Shown one piece after another: positions 51,691 through 64,000 of a DNA stretch of 64,000 nucleotides (position 1 is its first letter; every line of letters begins with the position of its first letter). The position numbers and the translations under genes were made by a program. The notes under the pieces were generated by a model. It did no database searches, had not been told where the DNA came from, and saw only the letters and a list, made by a program, of their open reading frames with translations. The stretch is from Podarcis filfolensis (taxonomy: Eukaryota), in assembly GCA_964270895.1 (NCBI GenBank), contig OZ185437.1; one strand, given 5' to 3'.

Positions 51691-52163
51691 TGTTGTTGTT
51701 TAGTCGTGTCCGACTCTTCATGATCCCATGGACCAGAGCACGCCAGGCACTCCTGTCTTCCACTGCCTCCCGCAGTTTGGTCAAACTCATGTTTGTAGCT
51801 TCGAGAACACTGTCCAACCATCTCGTCCTCTGTCGTCCCCATCTTCTTGTGCCCTCAATCTTTCCCAACATCAGGGTCTTTTCCAGGGAGTCTTCTCTTC
51901 TCATGAGGTGGCCAAAGTACTGGAGCCCCTTCCAGTGAGCACTCAGGGCTGATTTCCTTAAGAATGGATTGGTTTGATCTTCTTGCAGTCTGTGGGACTC
52001 TCAAGAGTCTCCTCCAGCACCAGAATTCAAAAGCATCAATTCTTTGGCGATCAGCCTTCTTTATGGTCCAGCTCTCACTTCCATACATCACTACTGGGAA
52101 AACCATAGCTTTAACTATATGGACCTTTGTTGGCAAGGTGATGTCTCTGCTTTTTAAGATGCT
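51691..52163 (-). mobile_element. RTE-BovB LINE, 5'-truncated 3' end
   Basis: Minus-strand translations SRDITLPTKVHIVKAMVFPVVMYGSESWTIKKADRQRIDAFEFWCWRRLLRVP and DSLEKTLMLGKIEG...QRTRWLD; (CAA)n tail; short internal deletion near 51925. Confidence 0.95.
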
Positions 52164-53440
52164 AAAAGGTTCCAATAATTCCTTATGATACTTCAGATTG
52201 CACATGAGAAGAACCATGCAAAGCATGCAGGACTCAAGCCATTTAGAGTTTTAAAGGCACAATTGTTGCTTTGCAGAATTCCAAAACACACTCAGGCTGT
52301 GAGTCTGAGTGACAGGCAAGCCCTTTTCAGTTTAACTATGATTTTGAATTTGAAGGGGTGGCTAAGGTAGGCTAGGAATAAATGGAATAATAAGGGCAAA
52401 TATGCCCTGAAGTTAAATGCAAACCAGGGAGAAACAATTTTCAAAGTCAATATCTCACAAAGTGTGCCCTCCAGTCAACCTTCAGCTACGTGTGCTGAAA
52501 TAGCTTAGTTTTTGCATGGGTTTACCTTTTGAAATATGTGGTATAAATAATTGTGCACACACGTTCTTAATTAAAGAATTGTGACCTTCTATATTCTTCC
52601 AGTGGGAACTTGACCCAAATAAGTTATGTAAGAGTGGATTTGTCTTCCTCAAATTTCAAAGTGTTACTGGGATCCGAATCTACCAAAAATAGTAAGCTTA
52701 TTTAGCTTATTTGTGTTTAATGGAAATTTTATAGAAATTTTAGGGGCTTGATTACTGTGCTCAGTAGTAAACAGTGATATTTGGTAACCCTACTAGATAA
52801 TGTGTGAAGCTGTGCCATTCATTTACATGAGAACTTCAGGTTGTGTTCTGAATTTTTACATACATATTCTACCCCCCCCCATCCTAGAATGGCAAAACGA
52901 CCTGCTATATATTAACGAAAAATTCCCATAGGGTACTTTGCTTCAGAACATTTTCTGATACAAAGCTAAAAACTTTGAAATTGCCAGGCTTTGAAATGGT
53001 AATGTATTTACAATTGATTACCAATTAACGTACGAATTTTTTTTTCTTTTGCAGGCAAAAAATGGCTTAGAAAATTTGGAATATTTTCCACCCATCCCTA
53101 GTTAGTCAATTAAGACTGCTTTCTGGAAACACAGAGAACATACATCCTAGTATGTTTTCCATGCTTAGTTGGCATTACTTTGAGCAAGTGCTGCTCAAAT
53201 GCACTGAAATTCTCTGGCTTTGTAAGACCTAATGCAGCTTTTGTGTTTAAAGGGAAAGAATTGCAAGTAAACCAATTTAACACCAGGCGTATATCAATGT
53301 GTGGACATACTGAATAAGGTTAAAAAAACACATCTGTATGCTGATGGTTCTGCAGTACCATTATTTCCATTATTCCTATCCTACTTCACTGCCCCCTTTT
53401 CTGTCTCCTCACAAATTTTGTTGCAGAATTCTAGTGACCT

Positions 53441-53637
53441 AGATCACACCTGCACCGTCCATTTGAAATGCTATTATACCACTTGAACAGTCAAGGACAA
53501 TAATGGGAACTATAGTTTGAGGGTGACCCCACAGAGCTGCAATTCTCAGCACTCCTAACAAACTAGCATTCTGAGGATTCTCCATGACTATTGAAGAGGT
53601 ATAATAGTGCTTTAAATGTATGGTGTGGATGTGACCT
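53441..53637. repeat. Palindromic MITE-like repeat family (about 5 copies)
   Basis: About 37-bp imperfect inverted ends (tcacac..cacc..catttgaa.gc.attatacc / ggtataatagtgctttaaatgtatggtgtggatgtga) and a gggaactgtagttt...cacagagctacaattc core. Also at about 18231-18365, 21625-21770, 42945-43215 and 45645-45780. Confidence 0.6.
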
Positions 53638-54100
53638 TGGAGTGGTGAAATAATTCCTGAGCTGATACAATTACTTTGGAGTTCAGATTATTTTCCATAT
53701 ATGTGGAATGTCTTAATTTTGGCAACCCCTGAGATCATGGGGGGCAGGGGGAGGGGACCTGAAAAGGGGACCTTTCCCACTGTTGTCCTGCATTCTGGAA
53801 TGTGCTTTTTCCTTTCCATATCTGAAATTTCAGTTGTTTTAGTGTTTTGGGGTTTTGTATTGCTATATAGGACTTGGAGATTTTAAAAATTATATGTGGT
53901 TTAAACAAATAATAAATTGTACTCAGTATTTTAGCAAGTAGTAGTAGTTAGTGCTGTATTGCTAGAAAGAGTCTTTAGTGATTACAATCTTGTGCATATT
54001 TGGCAATAGAAGTATAAACTGCATTGTTGAATAGACGTTATAACACACCGTTGAGGGAACTCTCCTTTTTGTTTGTTTGTTAAAGGTGGCTTTCTAGAAG

Positions 54101-54233
54101 ATGACCATAGAGGATCTTCCTGACCCTTCCATAGAAGGAGATCCTTTGACTAAAAGATACCAGTATCTTATTCCGGGTTCTGAAGATTCAATCACCTATT
54201 CTGTTTCTGCAGCACCAATGCCTTCTGAATGTG
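54101..54233 (+). CDS. CLIP4: CLIP4 first coding exon (exon starts 54086, ATG at 54101)
   Basis: MTIEDLPDPSIEGDPL...SVSAAPMPSEC matches the recalled human MTIEDLPDFPLEGNPL...SISAAPMPSDC; G|gtaagc donor. Confidence 0.95.
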
Positions 54234-54830
54234 GTAAGCATAATTATAAAAAGGAATAACTTGTAACAACTGTTTTCAGAATGTTAAGTTGCGGAAGATG
54301 CATGCAGATGGATTTCAGAATGATGCACTCAACTCGGAAAACAAAGTTCATTTTGAAATGGTCTCATCTGTCTCCCGTATCTAAAATGTGTCAAATCAGC
54401 ATCAAATCAATGTGCTAGATGCTGTAGAATACAATCAATTTTACAGTCTCCCCAAGCAATCAATTTATTATTCAAATAATGCATAAACGATGAAGATTTC
54501 ATCTCCCAAAGTAACACTTATTCCAAAATGACATTTTCCCAGCACTCACCAGACAGCAATATTTTGGTGTGAGGCATCTATATTATTTGGAGTGCTGTGT
54601 GAAATATTTGTGGAAATATCACAGGAGCCTATTGGCTAGCATTCATGACAATGTATGTGTGAAGGAGTTGTGTGATGTAGTGAATAGAGAGACTGGGGAG
54701 ATGCCTACTCAGAAAAAGGTGCAGTGGGGTGACTGCTTCAGCCAGAGCCCATTCATTAAGTTAAAATTTGAGTAGGGGCACATTGGAAACTGCATATGCC
54801 TCAACATTTTACAGTTGGGGCACTTTTGTA

Positions 54831-55072
54831 CAGTAGTACCTCGGGTTACATACACTTCAGGTTACATATGCTTCAGGTTACAGACTCCCCTAACCCAGAA
54901 ATAGTACCTTGGTTTAAGAACTTTGCTTCAGGATGAGACCACAAATCATGCTCCGGTGGTGCGGCAGCAGCGGGAGGCCCCATTAGCTAAAGTGGTGCTT
55001 CAGGTTAAGAACTGTTTCAGGTTAAGAACAGACCTCTGGAATGAATTAAGTACTTAACCCGAGGTACCACTG
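54831..55072 (-). mobile_element. Tigger-like MITE copy 5 (CLIP4 intron 2)
   Basis: 242 bp, TA-flanked, reverse orientation relative to copy 3. Confidence 0.9.
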
Positions 55073-57705
55073 TATACTTAATTGGCTCGTCATAGCCTGC
55101 ATTAAGGGTATGTGTGTATTTTTCATGTGAGCGCACATGAATTAAGAATGCTTCAAGCTGGCCCTGTATGTGTTCATTTTAATCCTTACCACAAATACAG
55201 CTCTGTGATAGCCTGAGGAAAAACAGAAGTTCACTGACCTTCAGTTTCCATCACTTGGCCAAGTGAGGCATCTAGTTTCCATGCCTTCTAAAAATAGCCC
55301 CAGCAGGCTTTATTTCCCCCCGCCTTTCCCCTATTTCCCAAGGTTTTGTTAGTATTCTCTTAATGGCTTAATGCCTTCTGTGTCATCGTCCTAATCATAT
55401 TTTTCTCTTCTCCAGCTTCTGCATCCTTGTCTACCCACATCAAAGTGAAATGTGCACACAGGGCCTGAACCCTTTTCTTATGCACACATTCCTTCCCGCA
55501 GTGCAAGTTATGCACATGTTTCTGGCCCTGCGTGTCACAGGTTCATGCCCAAACATACTTTTCCTTTTCCTAGGTGCTGCAGGAGACACAATATCATCAT
55601 TTGGGCCAGCCCCATTTCAAGCAGGGTTGATGATGCAGGGTTATTTGAATTACCCATGAGCACAACAGCTATCTTTGCAGTATGCTGCTAAATTTTAATC
55701 CCTTCTTAAACCCACCACTTGGGAAGAATGTGTTCAGTCCCCACTGGGAATGCTTGTTTGCTGCCTGGATTTCTTTAGAGTTAAATCTCTCCTGTAGCGA
55801 CAGAAACTATTGCTGGTAACATTGCTTTAGTAATGAACTCTCCTTCATGTTAAGCTAGGTAGCCTCCTAGGACTTGCTACTTCCTTACCAAGCTTTCGTG
55901 GGCTATGATTGCTGTATATGACAGCAGCAACTGCATTGTGATCCATACCTCAGCAATTATGGTATGACTTTTACAGGTGGCTCCAATTCACAAGGCTGTG
56001 TGGGAAAACAATCTGTATAATATGGACCACTCTGGTGTAAAGAAAGCTGCTCTCAGGCACCGATGTTTACTTTAAAACTTCTTGCAAAGGTCCCTGACTG
56101 TGCATGGTATTAAATTCTTGGATTTGGAAGAAATAGTAATTCTTGGAATCCATTGCTAGTGCAGTCCTAAACATACTTGCGCAGACACGAGCTTGAGTGT
56201 CCACAGGCTGTGCTTCAGTCTCATTCGAAATTCAGCACACATTGTCTCTATTTAGCTAGAGACTCTTTATTATAGAGTTGCCTTTTTTTTTTGTCAGTTC
56301 CTGAATATGTTTCAGTGAACTGACAGACCAGGCTGACAAGATGGCGAACCACCTTGACAATTCATCACACAAAGGTCTTGTTTAGTGATTTTACCCTGTT
56401 CTTCAAAATCTTAATTGAAGGCTGTATAGCAAGAACTGTGGGGAAGCCAGAGCACTAACATGCTCAGACTAATATTTCATGCATGGCCAAATTCATCCAT
56501 CAATAACTTGCAAGCCAAAAGTTTTCATGGTTTGGTTAAGGATTGTACCCACCTGAAATAAATAGCATGCTGCCAGGTAGATTTTCACTTTGAAAAGTAC
56601 AAGCGTTAATCAGCGGTGACAAAGTGACATGTTAGAACAAGTGATCCAGCTCTTAATTACTGTAGAAATCTCAAGTAGTGACTAAAAAACAAAACAGAAC
56701 AAAAACCTTTCTCCAAATTATATACATTGTGCTTGCTTGACAGTTGAATAGCCTGCTTGCTTTCAAGTGAATGTTTGTAATGCCCCCTCTTTTCTGTGTT
56801 GTGCAGTCACTCCACAATTCTAAGAACTCTCCAGTGCAAGGCTCTCTGTGAGAGGCAGTTCGACTCTAGCTCATCCTGAAGGAGATGTCTTACTCATGAG
56901 CACATTAACGGTAGAATGCCTTTAGTCAGGGTAGTAAGAGAAACTATATAAAAGGGCTTGTCAGTCAGCTCAGTATTTATTTCACTGATCCTCTGCAGTG
57001 TGCAGGGCTTCCCCAGTAGGCACAGCAGTATATCTCAATGTTGTTTCAATTCAGCATATGTTCCTTGAATGTCAATTTTTTAAAACATCAATTTCTCCCC
57101 ACAAGCTCGCTTGATCTTCAGCATATGAGCCTTCTTTCGTTTGCTGGCAGATACACTGATTGGCACACTATTAATGCATTTTTAAAGCTAATTCTCCTTC
57201 AGGTTCTTGTGGGAATAAATGCCTTAGTTAGTCCTGAAAAGAAAGTTGTGCATCCTGAGTTTATCCTGATTTGCTTGCACAGTGGTTGTATGTTGCCTTG
57301 TTAATCATTCATCCCATACTTTTCAGTGCATTTCCCTGTCATCTCCCTACCTGTGGAGAGTCCTAGTTTTTTATAAAGTATATTTGTTGTACCAGGGTGA
57401 CAGAGTGCTTTGATACACTTTCACTGTGCAAATCTTAATTTCCGGTATGTGCCTGAATGCATCCCACACAATTTTGCCAGTTTGGAGGCAACCTCTTCCT
57501 TCACAAGTAGCATGGAAATGCAGTGGGCCAGCAGAGAGCCGATCCTTCTTGCGCCAGTCTGCTTAGTGGAAGGCTTTCCACCCTCTCAGCCTGTATTTCT
57601 GTTCTGCCCATTGAGAAGGAGACTCCCCCCGCCCCTTGTGGGAATCATGGAAGTGCAAGCTACTAATAGAGACATGTTAAAAAATGAAAGAGAAGCAGGC
57701 TAGTA

Positions 57706-58112
57706 CCGTATTTTTCCATGTATAAGACGATCCTTTTTGCTAAAAAAAAAAATATAGGCAAAAATTGGGTGTCATCTTATACACGGATAGTGAATGCAGA
57801 GGGGGGACATGTGATTAATGGCAGCAGCAAGCAGGAGATTGGCAGTGGCAATTGGGCAGGTGATTGGCAGCTGCGGCAAGTGGGCGGATGGGCTGTTGGT
57901 GATGGCAAGCAAGCAGACAATTGGCTGCAGCGAGGTGTGCGATCAGCAGTGACTGGCAAGCAATCGGCAGTGGAGGGCAGGCGGGTGAGCGATTGGCGGA
58001 AGTGACCTCCCCCCCCCTAAAAAAGCTAAACAACCTTAATTTCTTAATTTTGGGTTAAAAAAAATAGGGGTCGTCTTATACATGGGGGCGTCTTATAGAC
58101 AGAAAAATACGA
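57706..58112. mobile_element. Tc2/Kanga-like MITE B
   Basis: CCGTATTTTTCCATGTATAAGACG ... CGTCTTATAGACAGAAAAATACGA, TA flanks. Confidence 0.8.
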
Positions 58113-59377
58113 TAATTTTCATAGACTTGTTTACAAGGCTGTGATATATGTGAGTTTTCACCTGCCAAAGACAGAATTGGGCAAACCAGAGCTTGAATCA
58201 ACGTGGTCAACTTGCCACTGCTCCATACAAATTCTCATCTGCTTGCCTGCCCGTGTCAACCAGGGACATGTGCTCTTTTCTGTAATGCAGATGCATATAC
58301 CCCATGTTGATCATCATTCCTGGTCTTGTCACTGCTTGGTCTGTCCTCATGCTTGCAAAGAGATTTTAATATGAGCCAGCAGCTGCTGTTTTCTCCTCTA
58401 TTATTGCTCATGCCCCTCTTCTTTTCTATTTCGTCTTCCCTAAGCTGACCACATTTGGGAAACTGCATATTATAAACTGGGGTCGTTCTTTCTCTTCTTG
58501 TATCCTCAGCACCTTACCAGTGTATGAAGCTCTGCTTCATGTTGGGAAGAAGTCAATTGTCAAAGCTAATCTGTTTTAATTAGAAAAACCTTCCTTGCGT
58601 GGCCAAGGATAAGGGTGGTTAGCTCTCAAACTTTACCTGTTAATAGCCTTCCTGATGACTGACCTAACTGTGCAGTCACTAAAAATGTTTAATTGTGCCA
58701 TAAATAAAACCAATTCCAACTGTACAGCTCTCTTAGTGCCAATAAATTGATCTGTTTATCCACTCCAACGCTACATACATCAATAGGTTTTTATTTAACC
58801 CACATCCTTAAATTTTCTTAACTGACAAACAGATGCAGTTAACTAAGAAGTAAGGAACTGCTACTGCTTATTCCTTATGCAAACTCTGTAAATTCTCAAT
58901 AGCTAGCAAAATGTTGATTAATTAGGCTAAGCTAGGTTTCTGATGAGTGGCTTCATTTCTGATGCTAATTATTCTGGGTTATATAAGTTAACTTTGTGTG
59001 TTAGATTTCCTCCCTAACCCCCCCTCCCCGCTCTGCTGCTGTAGCCCAGTATTCCAGAATGATTGCTGAATTAAACTTCACATTTTGCAGGGAGACACGC
59101 AACTCTTACGAGGATCAAGCTACTTGTTACATGCAATTTCATATATATTTTTTCCTGAAAAGATTAAAAACAAAACAAAACGGCTGCTTGAGACTAAAGC
59201 CCAGAGCAAAAAAATTGGGAGCAGTGCTTAACACTTTCACTGCAAAATATTTTTCATCTTAGAACTGCCTACCCCAAACCGTTTTGCTTTTCTTCCTAGA
59301 TAGGAGGAACTACTTTGAGGGATATTTTTAGAGGAAATAATGTCCACAAGAGACATCATCATAGCCTCAAACAGTTA

Positions 59378-59749
59378 CCGTATTTTTCGCCCCATAGGAC
59401 GCACCGGCCCATAGGACGCACCTAGTTTTTTTGGGGGGGAAATAAAGGAAAAAAAATTTATTTCCCCCCCAGGTGCGCTGCGCTAATCCCGAAGCTTGGG
59501 GCGTGTGGAGCTCAGCACGCCCCAAGCTTCTGGGTGCCGGCAAGGTCTCCGCTAGCCGTGGGAGAGCTGGGTCTCCCACGGCTAACGGATAGCTTCCTGA
59601 AGCCTGGAGAGCGAGAGGGGTCGGTGTGCACCGACCCCCCTCACTCTCCAGGCTTCAGCGAAAGCCTGCATTCGCCCCATAGGACGCACACACATTTCCC
59701 CTTCATTTTTGGAGGGGAAAAAGTGCGTCCTATAGGGCGAAAAATACGG
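59378..59749. mobile_element. Tc2/Kanga-like MITE C
   Basis: CCGTATTTTTCGCCCCATAGGACGCAC ... GTGCGTCCTATAGGGCGAAAAATACGG, TA flanks; CpG-rich interior suggests a young copy. Confidence 0.85.
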
Positions 59750-60079
59750 TACTTTTTCATTAAGCAAAAATTTGTTCAAGGGAATGTTACACAGAACTCA
59801 GCCCAACGGTAGTTTGGTCCAGAGTTTATTCTTCTTGTGAAGTAATTTCTTTTTTTCTGAACTATGCTGTGTAGAACAATTATGTGTTGATATGTGAGGC
59901 TTCTATTTTGTGGATATTCTTTATATTTTGTCTATTCAATAATAAAGCTACAGTGTTTGCCATCAAGTCAGAGAATTTGTAACTATTTGTTTGAATGTAT
60001 ATCATGTTCACAAATTTGTTGGGCATTTCTTACTGCAAAGTACTTTAGAAACTCAACCTACTTTTTCTTATTCCCATAG

Positions 60080-60219
60080 AGTTCTCCTTTTTTGATCCTA
60101 ATGATGCGGCATGTCAGGAGATTCTGTTCAACCCCAAGACATCTGTGTCTGAACTATTTGCTATCTTAAGACAATGGGTCCCCCAAGTTCAACAGAACAT
60201 TGATGTCATTGGGAGCGAG
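60080..60219 (+). CDS. CLIP4: CLIP4 coding exon
   Basis: ttcccatag| acceptor; (E)FSFFDPNDAACQEILFNPKTSVSELFAILRQWVPQVQQNIDVIGSE; GAG|gtgaga donor. Confidence 0.96.
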
Positions 60220-61007
60220 GTGAGAGATATATGGTGATTTACAACGAAAGGTATTTTTTGTGTCTGTGCCTTGACTTCTTTGTGGAACTAAGTAACTCAC
60301 TCTGCTTTTATTTGAGAGCTAATGTTATCAAAATAGCATCACCTCTGCGGTGCTTTGGCCTTAGAAATTCAGCTGTTAAAATAAAAACTTGAATTCTTGG
60401 TATTATATTAAAAGGGAGTGAGCACCACAAAAGTGATTTTATCTTGTATTTTTATGCTGTGAACTGTCCTGAGATCTACAGATGAACTTTATGCTGTGAA
60501 CTGCCCTGAGATCTACATAGATCTACAGATTTCATTAAAAAAAAAGCATATTGGATGTTAGCATATATTCCTAGGCTTTCTTAAGCCTAGCAGATAACAA
60601 AGTTCCCTGCTGAAACCCTGGAGAGCTACTGCTATTCAGTATAGACAATGCTGAACTTGATGGACCCAAGGGTCTGGCATTGTGTAAAGCAGCTTTCTGT
60701 TCCCAAGATAGTGGTAACAGAAGCATAATGTGAATGCATTAAAGGAGAGTATTTTGTTAATGTTGATGTTGTGAACCACCCTGTGATCTTTGGATGAAGG
60801 GCGATATAGAAATGTAATAAATGATAATAATGACAACAACATGGCAATAAGCTATTAGTTATCCCTTTGTTGCTGTGAAATGTATAACCAAATTGGTCTG
60901 ATAATGTACTAAGATGAAATTTGTTGGCAGGCATTGCTGTGAGACTGGGATCTTTTTAGGTTAAATAGCTGCATCATATATGTGGTCCTGTTTTATCATT
61001 TCTGCAG

Positions 61008-61101
61008 ATCATTAAGAGAGGCTGCAATGTGAATGACAGAGATGGACTGACTGACATGACTCTCTTGCATTACACATGCAAGTCAGGGGCTCATGGTATT
61101 G
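61008..61101 (+). CDS. CLIP4: CLIP4 coding exon (ankyrin repeat)
   Basis: tctgcag| acceptor; IIKRGCNVNDRDGLTDMTLLHYTCKSGAHGI; G|gtgagt donor. Confidence 0.96.
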
Positions 61102-62673
61102 GTGAGTGAATCAATTTGAGACCTTCACTGCCAGCTGTCTTTCTAGCAGAAGGAGAAGTTTCTCTACCTATTCCACTGGTTGTGCTGCCACTGTGCTTAG
61201 ATTGACTGGTTGAGGAGGGCTGTATCCTTGAGGCTATCCATATACCCCTTGGGGATATTATTTAGCTATATTAAAACTGCTAAGCTGCATCTTGCTCACA
61301 GAAGAATTCTCAAAGATGCATAAGAAGTACAATCTCATGAACTTGTCAAGTAACGGTTAAGCAATAACCTTTTAGCAGCTGAGAAAAGCATGTACTGAAT
61401 CGGCAGGAAGCCCAAGCAACAGCCTTTTGAAAACAGCAACGAACAATGCTGTTGAAGGCTTGCCATAAAAGGGATGGTTTTCACTAGTTAATGAAAGATT
61501 ATTAAGGAAATGTGCCTGATTCCTCTTTCCATTCCTAAGTCTCTGGAGATTCTTGAGTATCTGCATAATCACCCAATCTTCCATAAAAGTGGAGCCTGGA
61601 AGCTATATGGTCACGTCTCTTTGATTGTACTCAGTAGTGTGCTTGTTTGTTGTTTCTTCTTGCCAAGTCTTCCAAAGATAGCATACTCTAAGATGAAAGC
61701 ATCAGATTTTCACTTCCAGGGTTGTTGTTTTTTGCCTATTCTATGTCTCTGTAAGTTTTGTGACCTTCTACATGCCACTTTTTGATACACGTTGATACAC
61801 ATGCAGGTGATTAAACACAATGCAGGTGATATCATTTGAATTGGAATTTGATTCTTTATCCTGAAACATGATTAATAAAACTATTGGAAGGACCCAGTGT
61901 GGATACATGCTTTCTAATATCACTTGACATTCAGAAACGAATGTTTTAAATTCTAACCTGGTCTCTGTTGGCTTTGTGTATGTGTGTCTATACATGCTTT
62001 AGAGCTGCGACTCATGATCTACTTGAGTTAGAGCATTTGCTTTAAACCTCTTACTCATATTCAAGCCAACAAGCATATCTCCCTTGGCACAAGTGTTCTG
62101 GTTTGATGTGCTTTGGCATTGTGCCGCTGAGTAAATGACCCACTCTGCCTGGGGTGGTTGTGCATCAGCCCTGTGCCATCATACCCAGTGCAGGGTAGGG
62201 AATATGATTCATTGTGAGTCAGCTCATGTCCCATCATTCCTGTTTTAAGATACAAAGGATATTTCAGCCCCTTCTCTTACTTCTGCAAACCAAGACTTAA
62301 TTAAGCCTTAAATCAAAGCATTTTGAGCTGCTTGACGTGTCATAAAAATCCTACAGAGAAGCCACTTCTATGTAGAAGTGAATGCAAAAGCCACATATAG
62401 GCTTTCCCCATGCAAGTGCACACAGGAAGTCCTGTAAAGCTTACTTTCACTTTATTTTCCTAACTGTGTTCAAAGGCAATAACTGCCTGACTAGTCCTTA
62501 AATCTGTCTTGTCAAGGAACATCTTGCTTCGAATGCCTTGGCTTCATAACTGTTGCTGTAAAGTTGCCAACAATCTTTGGACATGATGTCTAATTACCTA
62601 ACATATTGATGCAGCCTGTTAAATAACCACAAAGCCAGTTATAAAGTGCCGTTTTAAAAAATCTGCTTTGCAG

Positions 62674-62835
62674 GGGATGTTGAGACTGCTGCCAAATTTG
62701 CCTCCCAACTTATTGACTTGGGTGCAGATATCAATTTGAGGAGCCGTTGGACAAACATGAATGCTTTGCACTATGCTGCCTACTTTGATGTTCCAGAACT
62801 CATTAGCGTCATTTTGAAAAATGCAAAGTCAAAAG
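62674..62835 (+). CDS. CLIP4: CLIP4 coding exon (ankyrin repeat); gene continues beyond the window
   Basis: ctttgcag| acceptor; (G)DVETAAKFASQLIDLGADINLRSRWTNMNALHYAAYFDVPELISVILKNAKSK; G|gtaaat donor. Confidence 0.96.
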
Positions 62836-63835
62836 GTAAATATTGCCAAATGTAATAGCAATAGATGTTGTATTTCTTACCTGTGTATCACAAAACGGCT
62901 TTTCCCTATGTTATTTTTCTTGACACATGTGTGAAACTGACTGAAAAATGGAGATCGATTTGCATCTGTTGTGAGAACATGGTCCAACAGTCCAAACCAA
63001 CTTTGGTTCCTCATCATTGACTGTTACATCATTGGTTGTGGGTAGGGGCATGGAGAACTTTACATGTCCACAGTTTGTCCTTTACAGTGTCCAGATAGTC
63101 AGATGCATATTTACCATCCATGTCCATCTGAATATGCTGACATTGTTAAAAAGCACATTTCTGCCATTCAAAGCTGCATATTTTGAACCTTACAAAGGTA
63201 ATGCATCTTATGACAAAGTATGGAAAGCAACGTCAGAAGTGAACATATATGATGTGCAAACTTTAATTTAAATTTTTATATCTTTGTTTGGAATTCTTCT
63301 TTCACTTTGTCATTTTTGTAGCTCAGTAGTAACATTCCATGTCAATTGCATTCCACGTTTTAATATTTTGTTGGAAGCCGGCTTGAGTGGCTGGGGCAAC
63401 CCAGTCAGATAGTTGGATGCTATTGTTAATCTTTTTTTTTAGCCAAGTAATATTTAAGAGAGCGAAGCCTTTATAAATTGCTACTGGGATGGGTGGGAAA
63501 ATGCACATGTTTTGACTTGGTTCTCTGAGAATGCTGATTAAGTAATGGAAGAGTGAACAAACAAAGGCAAACTTGTTTCAGTCACTGTTTCCTGACTTTT
63601 TGATCCCTCTTATAGGAGAAGTAGTGTTGGAAAATCTAGCAAATTCATTCTGGATAATGTAGGAAAAGTTGTAGCACTTTTCATCTTGCCCTTTGGAGCA
63701 GAACCAGAGAGAATTTGAGGCTGTAACTAAATACTGTCACTAAAAAGGGTGTTGCTTAGAATGGTGTTCCTGTGTTGAGTTGGTCTTTCTTTCCCTGATA
63801 ATGCATCACTTACCTCTTTTGTGACACACCCCCCA

Positions 63836-63969
63836 ATTACAGATAGGTAGCCGTGTTGGTCTGCCATAGTCAAAACAAAAATTTTTTTTTCCTTCCAGTA
63901 GCACCTTAAAGACCAACTAAGTTAGTTCTTGGTATGAGCTTTCGTGTGCATGCACACTTCTTCAGATAC
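63836..63969 (-). mobile_element. Penelope-like element terminal fragment
   Basis: gtagccgtgttggtctg...gcaccttaaagaccaact...gagctttcgtg...cacttcttcagatac, the typical reptile Penelope pseudo-LTR end. Confidence 0.7.
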
Positions 63970-64000
63970 CCCCAATTGTGTGCATTTCCTTGTTCACATT

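Overview
Vertebrate (squamate, probably lacertid lizard) genomic DNA with three protein-coding genes in the order known from human 2p23. (1) The 3' part of TOGARAM2/FAM179A (+): 8 coding exons from 1936 to 17732 splice in frame into 458 C-terminal codons plus stop. (2) A complete PCARE/C2orf71 (-): a large exon 40143-36392 plus a small second exon 32306-32177 missed by the ORF track, about 1293 aa. (3) The 5' part of CLIP4 (+): CpG-island promoter at about 46.6-47.7 kb, a non-coding first exon and coding exons at 54101-62835. Introns and spacers contain squamate repeats: Sauria/Squam1, Squam2 and Squam3 SINEs, CR1, L2, RTE-BovB and Penelope fragments, five Tigger-like MITEs, three Tc2-like MITEs, hAT-like MITEs, solo LTRs and microsatellites. 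Gene and repeat names come from recall of known families, not from database searches. I found no convincing new biological system. The best leads are regulatory: inverted MITEs around the CLIP4 start-codon exon, a uORF/tandem-acceptor arrangement at the CLIP4 AUG, and a CRX/NRL-type motif cluster in the PCARE intron.
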